NCBI GenBank assembly: GCA_040902805.1
Contig: JBBDWQ010000038.1
Span: forward strand, 23,941-87,940
DNA length: 64,000 nt
Direction: 5' to 3'
From: Acidimicrobiales bacterium
GTDB lineage: Bacteria; Actinomycetota; Acidimicrobiia; Acidimicrobiales; VFJN01
In this document: positions 59,787 through 64,000 of the stretch, piece after piece
How positions within the stretch are numbered: the first letter of the stretch is position 1
How the letters are laid out: each line of letters begins with the position of its first letter
Notes under the pieces: model-generated
Database searches by the model: none
Seen by the model: only the letters and a program-made list of their open reading frames with translations
What the model was told of the DNA's origin: nothing
Translations under genes and position numbers: made by a program

Positions 59787-61157
59787 CTACTCCGCGGCTT
59801 CCGCGAGGGCCTCGGACAACGACGGGTGCACCAGCAGGCTGTCGACGATGTCTGTCACGGTCAGCCCATTGGTGACCGCCACGGCGAGCACGGCGACGAG
59901 CTCGGCTGCGTGCCGACCGACCACGGAGCCTCCGAGCACCACCCCCGTTGCTGGGTCGCTGACGATCTTGACGAACCCACGGGTGTGGCTCTCGATGAGC
60001 GCCTTGGGGGACACCGAGAATGGCACCTTGGTGACGCGGACCTTGCGACCCTCCGCGAAGGCGTCTGCCTCGGCGAGACCGACGTCCGCGATCTCGGGAA
60101 CTGTGAAGATCGCGGAGGCGGCCTTGTCGTAGTCCAGATCTCGGTGGGCCCGGGACTGCACCCCCATGAGGTGTTCCGCGATCTTGCGACCCTGCATGGA
60201 TGCCACCGACGACAGCGGGAGCTTTCCGGACAGGTCACCCGCGGCATAGATGTGACTCACGTTGGTGAGGCAGTGCCGGTCGACGGGCACGTAGCCCCCA
60301 TTGTCGACGTACACGCCCGCGGCGTCGAGATCGAGGCCGTCGCTGTTTGGCACGGACCCGATCGCGAGCAGCGCGTGGGAGCCGGCTGCGATGCGGCCGT
60401 CGTCGCAGCGGACGACCACACCCGAAGAGGTGCGGTCGATTCCCATGCCCCTGGCCCCCTTCAGCAGATGGACGCCGCGCCGGAGAAGCTCGTCCTCCAG
60501 CGCCGCGGCCACCTCGGGATCCTTCTGGGGCAGGACGTGCTGACGGGAGACGATCAGGGTGACCTCTGTCCCGAGCGACGAGAACATGTGCACGAACTCG
60601 ACGCCGGTGACCCCGGAGCCGATCACGACAAGATGCTCCGGCCACACCGTTGGTGGGTAGGCATCGCGGGTGGACAGCACCCGCTGACCATCGACCTCGG
60701 CCCAGTCGGGCAGGCGGGGACGGCTACCCGTGGCGAGGAGGATCGCGTCAGCCTCCACCTCGACCGAGCCGTCGGAGGTCTCCACGACCACCTCGTGGCC
60801 TCCTCGCATCCGACCCACGCCCCGAATGATCCGCACGCCCTGGCTGTCCAGCAGCCGTCGGGTGCCGTGCTCGAGCGTCTCTTCGATCGTCGAGATGCGA
60901 GCGCGCAGCGCGTCGGCGTCCACCGTTGCCGTCGCCGGGGTGAGACCCATCTCGGGTGAGCGGTGCACCGCCGCGAGGGCGCCGCCCGTGGCGATCATCG
61001 CCTTGGACGGGATGCAGTCGCGCAGGTGGGCCGCACCGCCGATGATGTCGCGTTCGATCAGGGTCACCTCGGCACCGAGGCGCGCCGCGTGGGAAGCCGC
61101 GACGTTGCCCGCCGGGCCGCCTCCGAGGATCACGAAACGAAGCGCCATGGCTGTCAT
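59787..61157 (-). CDS. Flavoprotein disulfide-reductase-family NAD(P)H dehydrogenase, LpdA (Rv3303c)-like
   Basis: FVILGGGPAGNVAA (FAD) and VVIGSGVTGVEF (NAD). The redox-centre region reads GGAAHLRDCIPSK and has only one Cys. Confidence 0.8.
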   Translation of the reverse strand: MTAMALRFVILGGGPAGNVAASHAARLGAEVTLIERDIIGGAAHLRDCIPSKAMIATGGALAAVHRSPEMGLTPATATVDADALRARISTIEETLEHGTRRLLDSQGVRIIRGVGRMRGGHEVVVETSDGSVEVEADAILLATGSRPRLPDWAEVDGQRVLSTRDAYPPTVWPEHLVVIGSGVTGVEFVHMFSSLGTEVTLIVSRQHVLPQKDPEVAAALEDELLRRGVHLLKGARGMGIDRTSSGVVVRCDDGRIAAGSHALLAIGSVPNSDGLDLDAAGVYVDNGGYVPVDRHCLTNVSHIYAAGDLSGKLPLSSVASMQGRKIAEHLMGVQSRAHRDLDYDKAASAIFTVPEIADVGLAEADAFAEGRKVRVTKVPFSVSPKALIESHTRGFVKIVSDPATGVVLGGSVVGRHAAELVAVLAVAVTNGLTVTDIVDSLLVHPSLSEALAEAAE

Positions 61158-61219
61158 CGTAGGTGGGCTGCCGGTCCGTCCGTTTTCCTCAGTGATCCGG
61201 CCCCTCGTAGGCTCGAAGG

Positions 61220-63360
<2,141 letters not shown>

Positions 63361-63364
<4 letters not shown>

Positions 63365-64000
63365 GCGAGCCGCTGGCCGCCGCCGTTCGATCGGGCGACC
63401 GGCGGGCGCTGTCGCAGGCCATCACGCTGGTGGAGTCGACCCGGCCTGACCACCGTCGCGAGGCCCGCACTCTCATCGACGAGCTCCTCCCCGAGACGGG
63501 TACGTCGATGCGGGTGGGCGTGTCGGGCGCTCCGGGGGCCGGCAAGTCGACGCTCATCGAGGCGCTCGGGTTGGACGGTGTGCGCCAGGGCCATCGGGTG
63601 GCCGTGCTGGCCGTTGATCCATCGAGCACCCGTAGCGGGGGCTCCATCCTCGGCGACAAGACTCGCATGGCCGAGCTGGGTCGCACCCCGCAGGCCTACA
63701 TCCGACCCTCCCCGACCGGCGGCACGCTCGGGGGCGTGGCCCGTCACACGCGGGAAGCCGTGCTGCTCTGCGAGGCCGCCGGATTCGACGTCGTACTGGT
63801 CGAGACCGTCGGCGTGGGTCAGTCCGAGGTCGCTGTTGCAGATCTCGTGGACCTCTTCGTGCTCGTAGCGTCTCCAACGGGTGGCGACGAGCTGCAGGGG
63901 ATCAAGCGCGGGATCATGGAGCTCGCAGATCTGATCGTGGTGAACAAGGCCGACGGCGACCTCGTCGACGCCGCTCAGCGAGCGTGCGCTGATCTGCGCA
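63361..64000 (+). CDS. meaB: Methylmalonyl-CoA mutase-associated GTPase MeaB (N-terminal ~213 codons; runs off the right edge)
   Basis: Not in the ORF track. GTG 63361 overlaps the mutase TGA (GTGA). My translation: [26 protein letters not shown]...[17 protein letters not shown]...[18 protein letters not shown]...[12 protein letters not shown]...VVNKADGD, with no stop to nt 64000. Confidence 0.88.

Noticed and set aside
61157-61211. Direct repeat TCGTAGG x2, 48 bp apart, between the LpdA-like gene and the mutase gene
   Set aside because: It is only a 7-mer with two copies. By my rough estimate the chance of some 7-mer repeating in a ~60-bp region is of order 10 percent. One copy also overlaps the LpdA-like start codon region.

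Overview
High-GC actinobacterial chromosomal window, almost entirely coding. I call 59 CDS, two of which are truncated at the window edges and absent from the ORF track. By eye I see no rRNA, tRNA, CRISPR array, transposase, integrase or phage gene. All family names come from motif recognition in the supplied or hand-made translations; nothing was searched. Gene order recalls known actinobacterial neighbourhoods (ftsEX-prfB; secA-hpf-comF; manB-DUF3499; fbiAB-manC-rmlD-LCP-fadE-birA-accA3 of M. tuberculosis, from memory). Layout: (i) 1-17.5 kb is mostly housekeeping: a hybrid sensor kinase plus receiver, two Nudix enzymes, an EamA transporter, ftsX-ftsE-prfB-secA, an orphan LuxR-type regulator, hpf, comF-like and ahcY. 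(ii) 17.6-53.6 kb is a ~36 kb cell-envelope glycan supercluster. It has complete routes to GDP-Man and GDP-D-Rha (PGI/PMI, manB, manC, gmd, rmd), dTDP-L-Rha (rmlABCD) and UDP-GlcA/UDP-Xyl (ugd, uxs). It also holds two further SDR epimerases, four GT4 and three GT2 transferases, two very large polytopic proteins (one a GT2 fusion coupled to a four-repeat DUF5719-like protein) and an LCP ligase. ftsH, an MFS transporter and cofD-cofE are embedded in it. (iii) 53.6-64 kb carries an acyl-CoA dehydrogenase, pabBC, birA, a biotin carboxylase/BCCP subunit, MauE-like and LpdA-like proteins, and methylmalonyl-CoA mutase with MeaB. The best candidate for an undescribed system is this glycan locus. I see no Wzx/Wzy, ABC exporter or priming phosphotransferase; instead there are a GT2-polytopic fusion with a DUF5719-like partner, and a polyprenyl-P-sugar-synthase-like GT2 next to a GT-C/YfhO-like protein whose operon also has a CPBP protease and a CCCH mini-protein. 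Smaller observations: a receiver domain lacking the phospho-acceptor Asp; an octa-proline at the FtsH N-terminus; single-domain CofE translationally chained to sugar genes; birA and accA start codons 5 bp apart; a perfect 17-bp palindrome on a start codon; Ser/Thr/Pro linkers in four exported proteins.
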